Of a stretch of 64,000 nt of DNA, positions 11,432 to 22,516 are shown one piece after another. The stretch is from Gammaproteobacteria bacterium (GTDB taxonomy: Bacteria; Pseudomonadota; Gammaproteobacteria; G965277405). The position numbers were made by a program, and so were the translations under genes. The notes under the pieces were generated by a model that worked only from the letters and a program-made list of their open reading frames with translations, searched no databases and was not told the origin of the DNA. Numbering within the stretch: position 1 is the first letter of the stretch; every line of letters starts with the position of its first letter. The stretch is taken from positions 1,728,001-1,792,000 of the forward strand of contig OZ255726.1 of NCBI GenBank assembly GCA_965277405.1. The letters run 5' to 3'.

Positions 11432-11723
11432 TGTGAGCAAAATTATAAGATGGGACATAAAAAAATCTACGTGGTTAAGGGGAAGCTCTGCAAGAGGAGG
11501 TATTGGCTTTGAAGAGTGTGTTGTTCTCATAGAGGCAGGACAGATACTTGATAGTATTGATAATCCTAGTGCGAACCATTCATGCCAAAAAGTTTTTGTA
11601 CTGGATATTGATAGTTATGTATATTTAGTCCCGTATGTCGAGACCGATGCAGAAATATTCCTCAAAACCCTGTATCCAAGCCGCAAGCATACCGCTATTT
11701 ATTTAAGTAAGGAAAAAACATGA
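11424..11723 (+). CDS. BrnT-like type II toxin
   Basis: W..KK..L...RGGIGFEE, YVYLVPYVE..EIFLKT.YPSRK.T pattern; start may be GTG at 11433. Confidence 0.85.
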   Translation: MNAVSKIIRWDIKKSTWLRGSSARGGIGFEECVVLIEAGQILDSIDNPSANHSCQKVFVLDIDSYVYLVPYVETDAEIFLKTLYPSRKHTAIYLSKEKT

Positions 11724-12013
11724 AAAAAGAACCCTATGTAACAGACTACTACGACGATGAGGAAAAAGACCTTATCGAAAACATGGAAAATGCTATCAAC
11801 AAAGATGATTACGCTCCGCTGAGCAATCTCACGGCTGAACGTTTAGAGGGCTTGCGTGAAGTTGCAAAAAACACATTGAACGAAAAAACAACGCAAATTA
11901 CGTTGAGAGTACCCCATACTGACCTTGTGCGCTTGAAGGCACAGGCTATGCGTGAAGGCATACCCTATCAAACTTGGATGAAATCTATTTTGCATAAATC
12001 AGTATCTTCTTGA
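11720..12013 (+). CDS. CopG/ribbon-helix-helix antitoxin
   Basis: Acidic N-terminus; ITLRV...DL..LK..A..EGIPYQT..KSILH; overlaps the toxin stop. Confidence 0.85.
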   Translation: MKKEPYVTDYYDDEEKDLIENMENAINKDDYAPLSNLTAERLEGLREVAKNTLNEKTTQITLRVPHTDLVRLKAQAMREGIPYQTWMKSILHKSVSS

Positions 12014-12379
12014 AAATTAAAAACAACTCATTTACAGATTAGAATAATTATAGTTAACAGGTTATATAGTAAGTTTTATTTTTTGTAGACCTACAGTCAG
12101 AGCGCAGCTGCAGCAAAGAATCTTCAGCTGACTGGGTTTTAACGTGGCTCAAAACCTACATCGCCAGCACAATGGTTTGTTCCTTTGGGGAAATATCAAC
12201 CACCTAATCAATGTTGTGATTTGTGCAATTCTCAAGTTAGCTGAATGACTGTTACTCTCGTTAATACCATACGGTCAAAGCAAACGGAGTTATATAAGGT
12301 GAATGACCAGTGATTATAAGTGATTATAAACGCAGCAATCTTATCAGCTGGGTCTGGATTGTCACATGAGATATATTGC

Positions 12380-13177
12380 TCATTGCAGTTGTAGCGGTAG
12401 CCCGGTGATTGTTTGTGCTGGCAGTCGCCATGACGATGGGTAGCCGGTTTGTAAAAAATACAGCCCGTTCGCTGCAATTGTAGGAATACGTTGGTCGCGA
12501 ATTCCAGTTTTGAATATCGTTAGTGCTCGGTCGATGGTGAGTGTGGCGCAGCCAACAGCGAGCAGCATGCCGATGAGGATACGAATCATATTATGCAAGA
12601 AAGCGTCTGCTTGAATATCGACTGCGAGCCAGTTGTCTTGTTTGATGATGTTGATGTAGTGAATATTACGCACGGAGATATGCGATTGACAACTACTCGA
12701 GCGCATCGCCGCCCAATCTTGGCTGCCAAGTAGGGCGTTGGCAAGCGTTTGCATTGTTGCGATGTCAAGCGCTTGGCGCCGCCAGAGTGTGTGCTGTTGC
12801 CAGAGTGCATTTGGTACAGGAGCATGCCATATTAGGTATGCGTAACGGCGGTGAATTGCGCTAAAGCGCGCATGAAAGTTTGCATCAATAGCCACAATCC
12901 AATTGATGCAAATATCGTTGGGAAGGACTGCGTTGCAGCCACGCAGCAAGGTGTTGCTGTCGATAGGTCGGCAGTCAAAGTGAATAATTTGATTGAGCGC
13001 GTGGACCCCAGCGTCGGTGCGTCCAGATGCGGTTGCCAGGACCGCTTGGTTGGTAATTTGGCTGAGCGATTTGCTGATATGCGCGGCAATATTTGTTACA
13101 TTTGGTTGAATTTGCCAGCCATGGTAGCCACTACCATCGTAGCTGATAGATGCGCAATAACGTTGAGTTTCATTCAT
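12380..13177 (-). CDS. truA: tRNA pseudouridine(38-40) synthase
   Basis: SYDGSGYHGWQ, SGRTDAGVHA, FHARFSA..RRY, AFLHNMIR. Confidence 0.97.
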   Translation of the reverse strand: MNETQRYCASISYDGSGYHGWQIQPNVTNIAAHISKSLSQITNQAVLATASGRTDAGVHALNQIIHFDCRPIDSNTLLRGCNAVLPNDICINWIVAIDANFHARFSAIHRRYAYLIWHAPVPNALWQQHTLWRRQALDIATMQTLANALLGSQDWAAMRSSSCQSHISVRNIHYINIIKQDNWLAVDIQADAFLHNMIRILIGMLLAVGCATLTIDRALTIFKTGIRDQRIPTIAANGLYFLQTGYPSSWRLPAQTITGLPLQLQ

Positions 13178-13302
13178 TGGCTTGTTATATTTTGGTTGGG
13201 AATGGTTGCAACAACAGGGTTACAGAAAAACATGGTAAATTAGTTCCACAAGCGGCGGGACTGCATACAATGCCGCGCATTCGCATAAGGCAGACACAGC
13301 GC

Positions 13303-13404
13303 ATGCATACATGTATTTATGTATACATGTATTTATGCATACATGTATTTATGCATACATGTATTTATGCATACATGTATTTATGCATACATGTATTTAT
13401 GCAT
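13303..13404. repeat. 16-bp tandem repeat ATGCATACATGTATTT, 6 units plus a partial unit
   Basis: Direct reading; unit 2 has one C>T change. Confidence 0.97.
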
Positions 13405-13417
13405 AAAAGCGCACATA

Positions 13418-13492
13418 TATTATAAAGCAACCATAATTCTACTATTATAAAGCAACCATAACTCTACTATTTTAAAGTAAACATAACGCTAC
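13418..13492. repeat. 25-bp tandem repeat TATTATAAAGCAACCATAA(T/C)TCTAC x3 ending at the nqrA ATG
   Basis: Units at 13418, 13443 and 13468 (third diverged); ATG at 13493. Confidence 0.93.
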
Positions 13493-14848
13493 ATGCATAT
13501 TAAAAATGGTCTGGATATTCCGCTAACAGGGCATCCACAACAAACGATAGTCGTCACCAAAAGCACGAATACTGTCGGGGTAGTTGCTGCTGATTTTCAC
13601 GGGGTCAAGCCTGCGATGGCAGTGGGTGTGGGTGACAAGGTTAAACAAGGGCAAGTGCTGTATCGCGATAAGCGCAACTCGAAAATCACTATCAATGCGC
13701 CGGCTAGTGGTGTGGTGAGTGCTGTTAACCGCGGTCTGCGTCGGGTGTTACAAGCGGTGGTGATTGATGTTGATAAGAGCGTTGCGCCACTTGAATTTGC
13801 AAAAATGAATGCGACAGCACTTGCCAAAGCTGCGCAGCCGCCAGTGCGTCAAGTATTATTAGATTCTGGGCAATGGGCAGCGCTGCGCACCCGTCCATTT
13901 AGCCAAACTCCCGATCCTGCAACGCAGCCGCAAGCTATATTTGTTACGGCGATGGACAGCCAACCGCTGGCTGCAAACCCGCAAGTTATTCTTGAATATG
14001 GCGAAAACACCGCAATGTTTGCGCTTGGTTTGCAAGTGATGCAAGCAATCAGCACCGCGCCAATTTTTGTTGTCCATGCTGCTGAAAACACGGATTTTCC
14101 GATTACCCCGCTAAATAGGGTGCAATACCATAGCTTTAGCGGTAAACACCCGGCGGGGAATGTTGGTACGCATATGCATTTTTTAGCGCCAGTTAATAGA
14201 AATGGTGAGAATTGGCATATTGACTATCAAGATGTGATTGCCTGGGGTTATTTATTTAATTACGGTCACACGTCAAGGCAGAGATGTGTTGCCATTTCTG
14301 GACCTGTTGCGCTGAATCCATGTATTGTTGAAACTGTTCGGGGTGCGGATTTATATACGCTTTGCGCAGATGAAATGAAAGATACAGACAATGCTAGAAT
14401 CATCTCAGGTTCTGTGCTTGCTGGTCGAACCGCGACACGCGAAGCGGGCTACTTAGGGCAATTTCATAACCAAGTGACTTGCCTTGGTCACAATGATGCT
14501 CGTGAATTGTTTCACTATCTGCGGGCAGGTATCAATAAGTTTTCTGTAACCAATGCGTATATTTCTAAGCTCATAAAAAACAAAAAATTTGCGATGACGA
14601 CCAGCACCAATGGCTCTGAACGCGCGATGATGCCAATCGGCAATTATGAAAAAGTGATGCCCCTTGATATTATGCCAACTCAATTATTGCGAGCGCTGAT
14701 TGTGGGTGATATAGATACTGCGGAACAGCTTGGCTGCCTTGAGCTAGACGAAGAAGACTTGGCGCTTTGCACATTTGTATGCCCAGGAAAATATGAATAT
14801 GGGCCAATTTTGCGTGATGCCCTGCACACTATTCAAGTTGAAGGGTAA
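13493..14848 (+). CDS. nqrA: Na+-translocating NADH:quinone reductase subunit A
   Basis: IKNGLDIPL.G.P, LGCLELDEEDLALCTFVCPGKYEYG. Confidence 0.98.
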   Translation: MHIKNGLDIPLTGHPQQTIVVTKSTNTVGVVAADFHGVKPAMAVGVGDKVKQGQVLYRDKRNSKITINAPASGVVSAVNRGLRRVLQAVVIDVDKSVAPLEFAKMNATALAKAAQPPVRQVLLDSGQWAALRTRPFSQTPDPATQPQAIFVTAMDSQPLAANPQVILEYGENTAMFALGLQVMQAISTAPIFVVHAAENTDFPITPLNRVQYHSFSGKHPAGNVGTHMHFLAPVNRNGENWHIDYQDVIAWGYLFNYGHTSRQRCVAISGPVALNPCIVETVRGADLYTLCADEMKDTDNARIISGSVLAGRTATREAGYLGQFHNQVTCLGHNDARELFHYLRAGINKFSVTNAYISKLIKNKKFAMTTSTNGSERAMMPIGNYEKVMPLDIMPTQLLRALIVGDIDTAEQLGCLELDEEDLALCTFVCPGKYEYGPILRDALHTIQVEG

Positions 14849-15134
14849 GGAACATCTGATCAAGTCCATGATGGGCGAGACGGAGAAAAAACGCTGATGA
14901 TAACTAGACGCAGTGCGCAGATAATACTGGTGGTATTATCAAGTGCTGCAACGACGTTAGCGCAGCGTTTTTTCCCGGCCTTCTATTGAATATATGATGG
15001 TTTGCCTACAAGCGGTACTTGCTGTGTTGCATCCCTTGGCGTATATGCTACGGCATGCGCTTAGCGGTTTGCGCCTTGCAATCATCAGCAATTGCAGGCA
15101 AACTCGCTCCATCAGCGACTTAATCAGAGGTTCC
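14849..15134 (-). mobile_element. IS5-related MITE, full copy (286 bp), reverse orientation, between nqrA and nqrB
   Basis: Ends GGAACATCTGATCAA / TTAATCAGAGGTTCC; flanks GTAA/ATAA; reverse complement of the 53840-54124 copy; an extra IR-like GGAACATCTGATGAA follows at 15139-15153. Confidence 0.93.
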
Positions 15135-15182
15135 ATAAGGAACATCTGATGAATTACGCACATTAATATCTAGGAATCTTAC

Positions 15183-16409
15183 ATGATCCGCAAAATACTG
15201 GATTCAATCCAACCACATGTCGTAACAGGCGGTAAGCATCAAAGATGGTATGCGTTGTATGAAGCCGTCGACACTATTTTTTATGCACCTGCAGACGTAA
15301 CAAAAACCACAAGCCATGTTCGTGATGCGATTGATTTGAAACGAATTATGATCGCCGTCTGGCTGTGTGCCTTCCCCGCGATGTTTTGGGGAATGTATAA
15401 CATTGGCTGGCAGGCATTGTCATTTATGGATGCCCACTCAAGCGCAACGCTTGATAATTGGCAGGGCTATGTTATCGGTGCGTTGAGCAGCTACGACGCC
15501 AATAGCATTTGGGATTGCATGGTCTACGGTGCGATGTATGTTGTCCCAATCTATGCCGTCGTGTTTATTGTTGGTGGATTTTGGGAAGTATTGTTTGCCA
15601 GTATTCGTGGACATGAAATCAATGAAGGTTTTTTTGTTACCTCAATATTGTTTACCTTGACGATGCCGCCAACAGTGCCGTTATGGCAGGCCGCGCTAGG
15701 AATTAGCTTTGGGGTGGTTATTGGCAAAGAAGTATTTGGCGGCACAGGTAAAAACTTTTTGAATCCTGCGCTGGTAGGCAGAGCATTTTTGTTTTTTGCC
15801 TACCCTGCACAAATGAGTGGCGATACAATATGGGTAGCTAGCGATGCATATAGCGGTGCCACCTTGCTATCACTCGGCTCTCAAGGCGGGGTTAATGCTA
15901 TTACCGACCACGGCTATTCATGGGCTGATGCATTTTTAGGATTTATTCCAGGTTCGAATGGTGAAGTCTCGGCATTAATGATTTTGCTTGGCGGTTTGGT
16001 GTTGTTAATTATGGGAATTGCCTCATGGCGTATCGTGCTGGGGATGTTTCTTGGGATGGTAGTGATGAGCCTGGTGTTCAATTTTATAGGTTCTAGTAGC
16101 AATGCGATGTTCGCAATGCCGCCACATTGGCATTTGGTGTTGGGTGGTTTTGCATTTGGTATGATGTTCATGGCAACAGACCCTGTCAGCGCCTCGATGA
16201 CACAAATAGGTAGGTATGTCTTCGGTGCGTTGATTGGCGTTATGGTCGTGCTGATTCGCGTCGTCAACCCTGCGTATCCCGAGGGCGTGATGTTAGCGAT
16301 ATTATTTGGTAATATTTTTGCCCCAACGATTGATAGTTTTGTGGTTCAGGCGCATGTACGCAGGCGTAATCGTCGTATTGCGTTCATTCAATCAACAATT
16401 GAGCAATGA
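15183..16409 (+). CDS. nqrB: Na+-NQR subunit B
   Basis: [34 protein letters not shown] site, MATDPVS. Confidence 0.98.
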   Translation: MIRKILDSIQPHVVTGGKHQRWYALYEAVDTIFYAPADVTKTTSHVRDAIDLKRIMIAVWLCAFPAMFWGMYNIGWQALSFMDAHSSATLDNWQGYVIGALSSYDANSIWDCMVYGAMYVVPIYAVVFIVGGFWEVLFASIRGHEINEGFFVTSILFTLTMPPTVPLWQAALGISFGVVIGKEVFGGTGKNFLNPALVGRAFLFFAYPAQMSGDTIWVASDAYSGATLLSLGSQGGVNAITDHGYSWADAFLGFIPGSNGEVSALMILLGGLVLLIMGIASWRIVLGMFLGMVVMSLVFNFIGSSSNAMFAMPPHWHLVLGGFAFGMMFMATDPVSASMTQIGRYVFGALIGVMVVLIRVVNPAYPEGVMLAILFGNIFAPTIDSFVVQAHVRRRNRRIAFIQSTIEQ

Positions 16410-17209
16410 AAAACGAATCTTTTCTTAGAGTAGTCACCGTCGCGCTGGCTGTGTGTGTGGTTTGCGCGCTATGTGTTTCTATGGCGGCAATAGTGCTGCG
16501 TCCACAACAACAGCGTAACGCCAAAATCGAGCGCGATTATAACATTCTTACCGCAGCGGGTATTATCGACAGCAGCGATCCAGACGGCAAAAAACTTGTG
16601 CCTGAGCGCATTAGTCAAGTGCAGGCAAGGCTGGTTGATCTTGATACTGGGGAGCTACTTGAGCAAGCAATGATCCATAGGTTGGGGCTGGATAACTACC
16701 AACAGCGCAAAGCGGAAAAAGACCCAACCCTCTCAAGAGCGCTTGCAGCGGACGAAGATATTGCCAGTATCAAACGCCGTGAACGCTATTCCTGGGTGTA
16801 TACGGTTACGGTGGATAACGCGCTTAAAACGCTGATTTTGCCGATTCGCGGGTATGGGCTGTGGTCAACAATGCGTGGCTTTATTGCGCTTGAAGGCGAC
16901 TTGAACACCGTTGTTGGTTTTGGTTTTTTTGAGCAGGGTGAAACCCCAGGGCTGGGTGGCGAAGTAGATAATCCGCAGTGGAAAGCGCAATGGCTTGGAA
17001 AAAAACTGTACAATGACCGCAACCAATTAGCGATTGGCTTGGTTAAAAACCTAACGGCTGCAAACCCTGAGTATCAGCACAAAGTCGACGCGCTCAGCGG
17101 CGCAAGTTTAACGACACAAGGGGTAAATAATCTATTGCAATACTGGTTGGCAGATGCAGGGTTTGGGGTATTCCTTGATAATATTCGTAATGGAAAGGTA
17201 AGAATATGA
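16406..17209 (+). CDS. nqrC: Na+-NQR subunit C
   Basis: [29 protein letters not shown]. Confidence 0.97.
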   Translation: MKNESFLRVVTVALAVCVVCALCVSMAAIVLRPQQQRNAKIERDYNILTAAGIIDSSDPDGKKLVPERISQVQARLVDLDTGELLEQAMIHRLGLDNYQQRKAEKDPTLSRALAADEDIASIKRRERYSWVYTVTVDNALKTLILPIRGYGLWSTMRGFIALEGDLNTVVGFGFFEQGETPGLGGEVDNPQWKAQWLGKKLYNDRNQLAIGLVKNLTAANPEYQHKVDALSGASLTTQGVNNLLQYWLADAGFGVFLDNIRNGKVRI

Positions 17210-17862
17210 GCACAAAGCAAACATTAGTCGACCCGATTTTTGACAATAACCCGATTGCGCTGCAAGTTTTGGGGATTTGCTCGGCGCTTGCTGTGACTTC
17301 AAAAATGAGTACAACAATGGTCATGGCGATTGCAGTGACTGTTGTTACTGGGCTTTCTAGTATGTTTATTTCGATGATTCGCAAGCAAATCCCGTCGAGT
17401 ATTCGCATTATCGTGCAAATGACCATTATCTCGTCATTAGTGATTATTGCTGACCAAATGATCAAAGCGTATGCGTTTGACATCAGCAAACAGCTTTCTG
17501 TGTTTGTCGGGTTGATTATCACCAACTGCATCGTGATGGGGCGCGCAGAAGGATATGCGATGCAAAATCCGCCAATTTCAAGTTTTATCGACGGCATTGG
17601 CAATGGTATTGGCTATAGCATGCTGTTGTTGATTGTTGGTACAATCCGTGAGATAATAGGAAACGGTACTTTTTTTGGCTTCACTGTGTTGCCAAGCATC
17701 AATGACGGCGGCTGGTATTACAAAAATGGTTTGTTGTTGTTACCACCAAGCGCGTTCTTTTTGATTGGATTCCTTATTTGGGGGCTGCGGGCATGGAAAA
17801 AAGCACAACAAGAGGCTACCGAATTCAAAATCCAGTCTAACTCACGACCAGTTCAAGCGTAG
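17206..17862 (+). CDS. nqrD: Na+-NQR subunit D
   Basis: [32 protein letters not shown]. Confidence 0.98.
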   Translation: MSTKQTLVDPIFDNNPIALQVLGICSALAVTSKMSTTMVMAIAVTVVTGLSSMFISMIRKQIPSSIRIIVQMTIISSLVIIADQMIKAYAFDISKQLSVFVGLIITNCIVMGRAEGYAMQNPPISSFIDGIGNGIGYSMLLLIVGTIREIIGNGTFFGFTVLPSINDGGWYYKNGLLLLPPSAFFLIGFLIWGLRAWKKAQQEATEFKIQSNSRPVQA

Positions 17863-17872
17863 GAGTAGTAAA

Positions 17873-18484
17873 ATGTTAGAGCATGTTTTGAGTTTATTTG
17901 TTCGCTCAATTTTTATCGAAAATATGGCGCTTTCCTTCTTTTTAGGAATGTGCACGTTTATTGCGTTATCAAAAAAAATAACGACGGCGATCGGTTTAGG
18001 AATTGCTGTAGTGGTGATTTTGTCGATTACTGTGCCGTTGAATAATTTAATTTTAGATTTTGTGCTCAAAGAAAATGCATTGGCATGGCTTGGGCTGCCT
18101 AGGATTGATTTAACCTATTTAGGCTTTATTAGCTACATCGGGGTGATCGCCGCGGTTGTGCAAATACTCGAGATGTTCTTAGACAAATTTGTCCCAGTGC
18201 TCTATAACGCGTTGGGAGTGTTTCTACCATTGATAACAGTCAATTGTGCGATTATGGGTGCGGTGTTGTTTATGGTTGAACGCGACTATAACTTTGTAGA
18301 ATCAGTGGTGTTTGGCGTTGGTTCTGGCGTTGGTTGGATGCTTGCCGTTGTTGCGCTTGCAGGAATACGTGAGAAATTAAAATATTCAGACGTGCCCGAT
18401 GGACTACAAGGTCTCGGAATTACATTTATTACAGTTGGGTTAATGTCGCTTGGCTTTATGTCTTTTTCAGGCATCCAGCTATAA
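17873..18484 (+). CDS. nqrE: Na+-NQR subunit E
   Basis: [22 protein letters not shown]; RBS AGGAG before ATG 17873. Confidence 0.98.
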   Translation: MLEHVLSLFVRSIFIENMALSFFLGMCTFIALSKKITTAIGLGIAVVVILSITVPLNNLILDFVLKENALAWLGLPRIDLTYLGFISYIGVIAAVVQILEMFLDKFVPVLYNALGVFLPLITVNCAIMGAVLFMVERDYNFVESVVFGVGSGVGWMLAVVALAGIREKLKYSDVPDGLQGLGITFITVGLMSLGFMSFSGIQL

Positions 18485-18494
18485 CGGAACGCAG

Positions 18495-19721
18495 ATGTTT
18501 GCTGAAATTATTATTGGTGTCGCATTTTTTTGCATAACCGTATTACTGCTGGTTTTTATTATTCTCTCTGCGCGCAGCAGCCTGGTAGCGACAGGGAATG
18601 TGGTAATCGACATCAATAACGACGCCACAAATACCGTAAATACCCCCGCAGGTGGCAAGCTATTGAGCGTGCTTGCAGACCAAGGTCTTTTCCTGTCGTC
18701 AGCATGCGGTGGTGGCGGAACATGTGGACAATGCCGTTGCATAATCGATTCAGGGGGTGGGTCAATATTGCCTACAGAAGAACCGCAATTCACCAAAGCC
18801 GAACGCCGTGAAGGCTGGCGCTTATCGTGCCAAGTTCCAGTCAAGCAAAATATGAAAATCCACGTGCCAGAAGAAGTATTTGGCGTCAAAAAATGGGAAT
18901 GTACTGTCGCAGCCAACAATAACGTCGCAACGTTTATTAAAGAACTCGTGCTCAAACTCCCAGCAGGAGAAAGCGTGCCATTTAAAGCAGGCGGGTATGT
19001 GCAGTTAGAAATACCACCACATACGGTTCATTATAAAAACTTTGACATTGGGGAAGAATTTCGTGGCGACTGGGATGCGCTGGATATGTGGCAATACACC
19101 TCTAAAGTTGAAGAAGCTGTTATCCGCGCGTATTCAATGGCGAATTATCCAGAAGAAAAAGGCATTGTAAAATTCAATATTCGTGTGGCTAACCCACCTC
19201 CTGGTACCAATCACCCGCCTGGAAAAATGTCTTCATACGTGTTTAGTTTGCAACCAGGCGATACGGTGACAGTATACGGACCGTTTGGTGAGTTTTTTGT
19301 TAAAGAGACCGCAGCCGAAATGGTGTATATCGGTGGTGGTGCTGGCATGGCACCGCTGCGTTCGCATATTTTTGATTTGCTCAAACGTGTTCATTCAAAG
19401 CGTAAAATTTCATATTGGTACGGTGCGCGGAGTAAACGTGAAATTTTTTATTTTGAGGAATTTGCAAAACTAGCAGCGGAAAATGACAACTTTGATTTTC
19501 ATATTGCCTTGTCTGACCCGCTACCAGAAGATAATTGGGACGGTTTTACAGGGTTTATTCACAATGTTGTTGCACAGCAATATCTTAACAACCATCCGAA
19601 TCCAGAAGATATCGAATACTACATGTGTGGGCCACCAATGATGTCGACTTGTGTTAAAACTATGTTGACAAACCTCGGTGTAGAACCAGAAAACATTGCC
19701 TTTGATGATTTTGGCATATAG
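18495..19721 (+). CDS. nqrF: Na+-NQR subunit F
   Basis: [10 protein letters not shown] 2Fe-2S motif, [25 protein letters not shown]. Confidence 0.98.
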   Translation: MFAEIIIGVAFFCITVLLLVFIILSARSSLVATGNVVIDINNDATNTVNTPAGGKLLSVLADQGLFLSSACGGGGTCGQCRCIIDSGGGSILPTEEPQFTKAERREGWRLSCQVPVKQNMKIHVPEEVFGVKKWECTVAANNNVATFIKELVLKLPAGESVPFKAGGYVQLEIPPHTVHYKNFDIGEEFRGDWDALDMWQYTSKVEEAVIRAYSMANYPEEKGIVKFNIRVANPPPGTNHPPGKMSSYVFSLQPGDTVTVYGPFGEFFVKETAAEMVYIGGGAGMAPLRSHIFDLLKRVHSKRKISYWYGARSKREIFYFEEFAKLAAENDNFDFHIALSDPLPEDNWDGFTGFIHNVVAQQYLNNHPNPEDIEYYMCGPPMMSTCVKTMLTNLGVEPENIAFDDFGI

Positions 19722-20772
19722 CCGCCACCAGTATCGGTCGTTTATAGCGCTTGGTATTGTCTGTAGAGCCACTGCAATAATTGCAGTATTGTTGCTAGCA
19801 ATATTGTTGGTTGGCTGCACAGACCAACCAACAGTGTTCGATGGCAAAACATTTGGCACGTCATACCATATTGTTGTTGCCGATGACCTTGCAGAGCCAG
19901 CCCAAGTCCATCACGCCATCAAGCAACGCTTAGTCGAGATTGATGCAGTATTTTCCACATGGAAAGTTGATTCTGCAATTTCACGGTTGAATGCAAACCC
20001 AACGCTCGGTGAATGGATACCGACAACAGCAGAACTTGTTGATTTGCTCGTGCGCGGTAAGCAAATAAGTGAGCAAACGGATGGTGCGTTTGAGCAAACA
20101 ATCGCTCCATTAGTCAGGTTATGGGGGTTTGGCAGTAGCAAAGTAGCAATCGATGGAAGCAACGCGCCAACGCTGCAGCAAATTAACGCAGCAAAATCAA
20201 TCATTGGCAGTGAGATGTATATGCTGCAACAACACGGAAGTTTTGTTAAAAAACTGAAGCCAGTGGTGTTTGACCTCAGCGCAATAGCCAAGGGCTATGC
20301 GGTTGACGAAATTTCTACAGTACTTATCGAGTTTGCTGCTCCCAACCATTTGGTGGAAATTGGTGGCGAAATAGTCGCCAGAGGCAGTAAATTCGGCAGC
20401 GCGTGGCGAGTAGCAATCGAACAACCTGAAGCCAGCAACAGAGAAATCCAAGTTGTTGTCCCGCTTACAAACACGGCAATGGCGACATCAGGCGATTATC
20501 GCAATTATTACGTTCGTGATGGTGAACGCTACAGCCATATTATCGACCCGCGCAGCGGCAGGCCTATACATCATCGACTGGCATCTGTTACAGTACTGGC
20601 AGAAACATGTTGGCAGGCAGATGCATTAGCGACGGCATTCATGGTGCTTGGGGTTGAAAAAAGCCGACAAATAGCCAACCAACTCAACGTAGGTATATAT
20701 ATGCTTGAGCATGATGGTGATATAATGCGGAGCACGCAGAACAAGCGTTTTGCGGAATTAACTAGTGATTGA
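19696..20772 (+). CDS. apbE: FAD:protein FMN transferase, lipoprotein
   Basis: Lipobox [36 protein letters not shown]; start uncertain. Confidence 0.95.
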   Translation: MPLMILAYSRHQYRSFIALGIVCRATAIIAVLLLAILLVGCTDQPTVFDGKTFGTSYHIVVADDLAEPAQVHHAIKQRLVEIDAVFSTWKVDSAISRLNANPTLGEWIPTTAELVDLLVRGKQISEQTDGAFEQTIAPLVRLWGFGSSKVAIDGSNAPTLQQINAAKSIIGSEMYMLQQHGSFVKKLKPVVFDLSAIAKGYAVDEISTVLIEFAAPNHLVEIGGEIVARGSKFGSAWRVAIEQPEASNREIQVVVPLTNTAMATSGDYRNYYVRDGERYSHIIDPRSGRPIHHRLASVTVLAETCWQADALATAFMVLGVEKSRQIANQLNVGIYMLEHDGDIMRSTQNKRFAELTSD

Positions 20773-20965
20773 TATGGAATTTCTCGCAGCGTTTATAGTG
20801 TTCGCTACCGTAGTAGCGTTGATGGCTGTTGGGGTGATGTTTAAACGTTCACCAATCCAAGGCAGCTGTGGTGGTATTTCATCATTCAGCGGCGGAAAAT
20901 GCGATTTCTGTGGCGGCGCAAGCGTTGACGCATGCGATACCAAACTTCTTCGCCAAGCAAAATGA
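20765..20965 (+). CDS. nqrM: Na+-NQR maturation factor NqrM
   Basis: TM segment, MAVGV, I.GSCGG..C..C; follows apbE. Confidence 0.9.
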   Translation: MIDMEFLAAFIVFATVVALMAVGVMFKRSPIQGSCGGISSFSGGKCDFCGGASVDACDTKLLRQAK

Positions 20966-21321
20966 ACATTGCAGTTGCCACGTTTGATCCAACGCTCGCG
21001 CCAACAGCGCTGCATATTACCCAAGCAGCAAAAACCCGTCTCGCACGGCTGGATGCAAACGGTAAGAAATATTTTCGTGTATACATCACCGGCGGCGGTT
21101 GCTCAGGCTTTCAATACGGCTTTCAATTTGACGAATCAAGCCAAGATGATGATACCAATGTTGCCTGTGGCGATATTTCTGTAGTTATCGACGCGCTGAG
21201 CATTCAATACCTTAAAGGTGCGGAACTTGATTACAAAGAAGAGCTGATGGGTTCACGGTTTTTGGTGAGTAACCCCAACGCGTCAACGACATGTAGCTGC
21301 GGAGCGTCGTTTTCTGTCTAA
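20962..21321 (+). CDS. erpA: Fe-S cluster insertion protein ErpA
   Basis: RVYITGGGCSGFQYGF, NPNA.TTCSCGASF. Confidence 0.93.
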   Translation: MNIAVATFDPTLAPTALHITQAAKTRLARLDANGKKYFRVYITGGGCSGFQYGFQFDESSQDDDTNVACGDISVVIDALSIQYLKGAELDYKEELMGSRFLVSNPNASTTCSCGASFSV

Positions 21322-21345
21322 CATGCAATTGATTGCGCGTAGCAG

Positions 21346-21753
21346 GTGAACATATGCCCCGAGCAAATCATTGGTAAGCTGCGCGCGCTACTACCTATTG
21401 CATATGTACCATATTCGACGATTCAAGTTGCCGCTGCGGTAGTCTGGCAACAAGACGGGGTTGAGCAGCTTGATGTTGGTATTAATGTTGAAAATGTCTC
21501 GTATGGGCTGACTAATTGTGGCGAACGTACCGCAGTGTTTAGCGCTGTAACCAAAGGCATGCGGCAAATTACCGCAGTGTATGTGATGTCGAACCTGCCT
21601 AAACCGGTGCTGCCATGCGGTGGCTGCCGCCAAGTATTGTTAGAGTTTGCCAGCAGTGGCGATATGCCGATTACTTGTCTCAACCAGCAAGGTCACCAGC
21701 AACAATACACCCTCAACCAACTGCTGCCGCACGCATTTAACGCACGGTTGTAA
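21346..21753 (+). CDS. cdd: Cytidine deaminase (tetrameric type)
   Basis: AYVPYS, NVENVSYGLTNCGERTA, PCGGCRQ, LLP.AF. Confidence 0.9.
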   Translation: MNICPEQIIGKLRALLPIAYVPYSTIQVAAAVVWQQDGVEQLDVGINVENVSYGLTNCGERTAVFSAVTKGMRQITAVYVMSNLPKPVLPCGGCRQVLLEFASSGDMPITCLNQQGHQQQYTLNQLLPHAFNARL

Positions 21754-21834
21754 CGGCTTTAATTTGGTATGTGTTCGTAAACCGCGCTACAGTCGCGGCC
21801 GGTGTTGAAAATCTAACAGCCCTAGCACAAAATA

Positions 21835-22516
21835 TTAACCCGCCATCCGTACGCCAAAGGCTATAAATGCGCAGCCTACGCTGGTGTTCAGCACAGCTGA
21901 GAGTTTGCTACGGTTGGAAAAAAAGCGCACCAGCCAGTTGCTAGTGCAGATTATGGTTGATAAATACACCAAACTAGCACATTGAAAAATCGCCGCGAGA
22001 ATCAAAAAACTTAACCACGTGTGTTGGTAGCTGATGTCAATAAACTGGACAAAAAACGACATAAAAAACATAATCGCTTTGGGGTTGAGCAAACTGATGA
22101 CCAGCGCTTTTGTATATGTTGTGGCAAGCGTTGGCGCGCGCGCAGGTTTGCTTGGTGCTGCGTGGATTGCCTTGCTGTTGCAACCGTATTGGCGTTGTTG
22201 CTGTAGCCATTGGTGATAACTGTGCCAAAGGAATTGCAACCCCAGCCAGCTTAAATACACCGCCCCAACAATTTTAATCGATTGAAATAACAACGGATAG
22301 CGTTCGAGCACCGCCGCCGCGCCGAATACTGTTAACATCATCAACATAAAATCGCCACAAAACACCCCAGCAGTCCCAGCAAAGCCAGCCCTGCGACCAA
22401 AGCGGGCGGCAATCGATATCACATACAGCGAGTTCGGCCCAGGAATAAGCACAATCACAATCGCCCCGACTATATATAGCGTTATATAGCGTTAGGTCAG
22501 TAATCCCAAATATCAT
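21835..22516 (-). pseudogene. leuE: LysE-family leucine exporter, frameshifted by a 10-bp duplication
   Basis: PGPNSLYV and SLLNPKAI.FF.SFF.QF; ATG at 22516 with RBS AGGAGG is out of frame because TATAGCGTTA occurs twice (22475-22494). Confidence 0.85.

Noticed and set aside
12014-12379. Possible pseudogene between the antitoxin and truA
   Set aside because: No recognisable motif in the frames I translated
13150-13425. 91-aa ORF with MHTCIY repeats, and the 43215-43415 Phe/Cys-rich ORF
   Set aside because: Chance translations of tandem repeats
13303-13492. Possible CRISPR array or iteron origin
   Set aside because: Units are contiguous with no spacers; no cas genes; no adjacent intact rep gene
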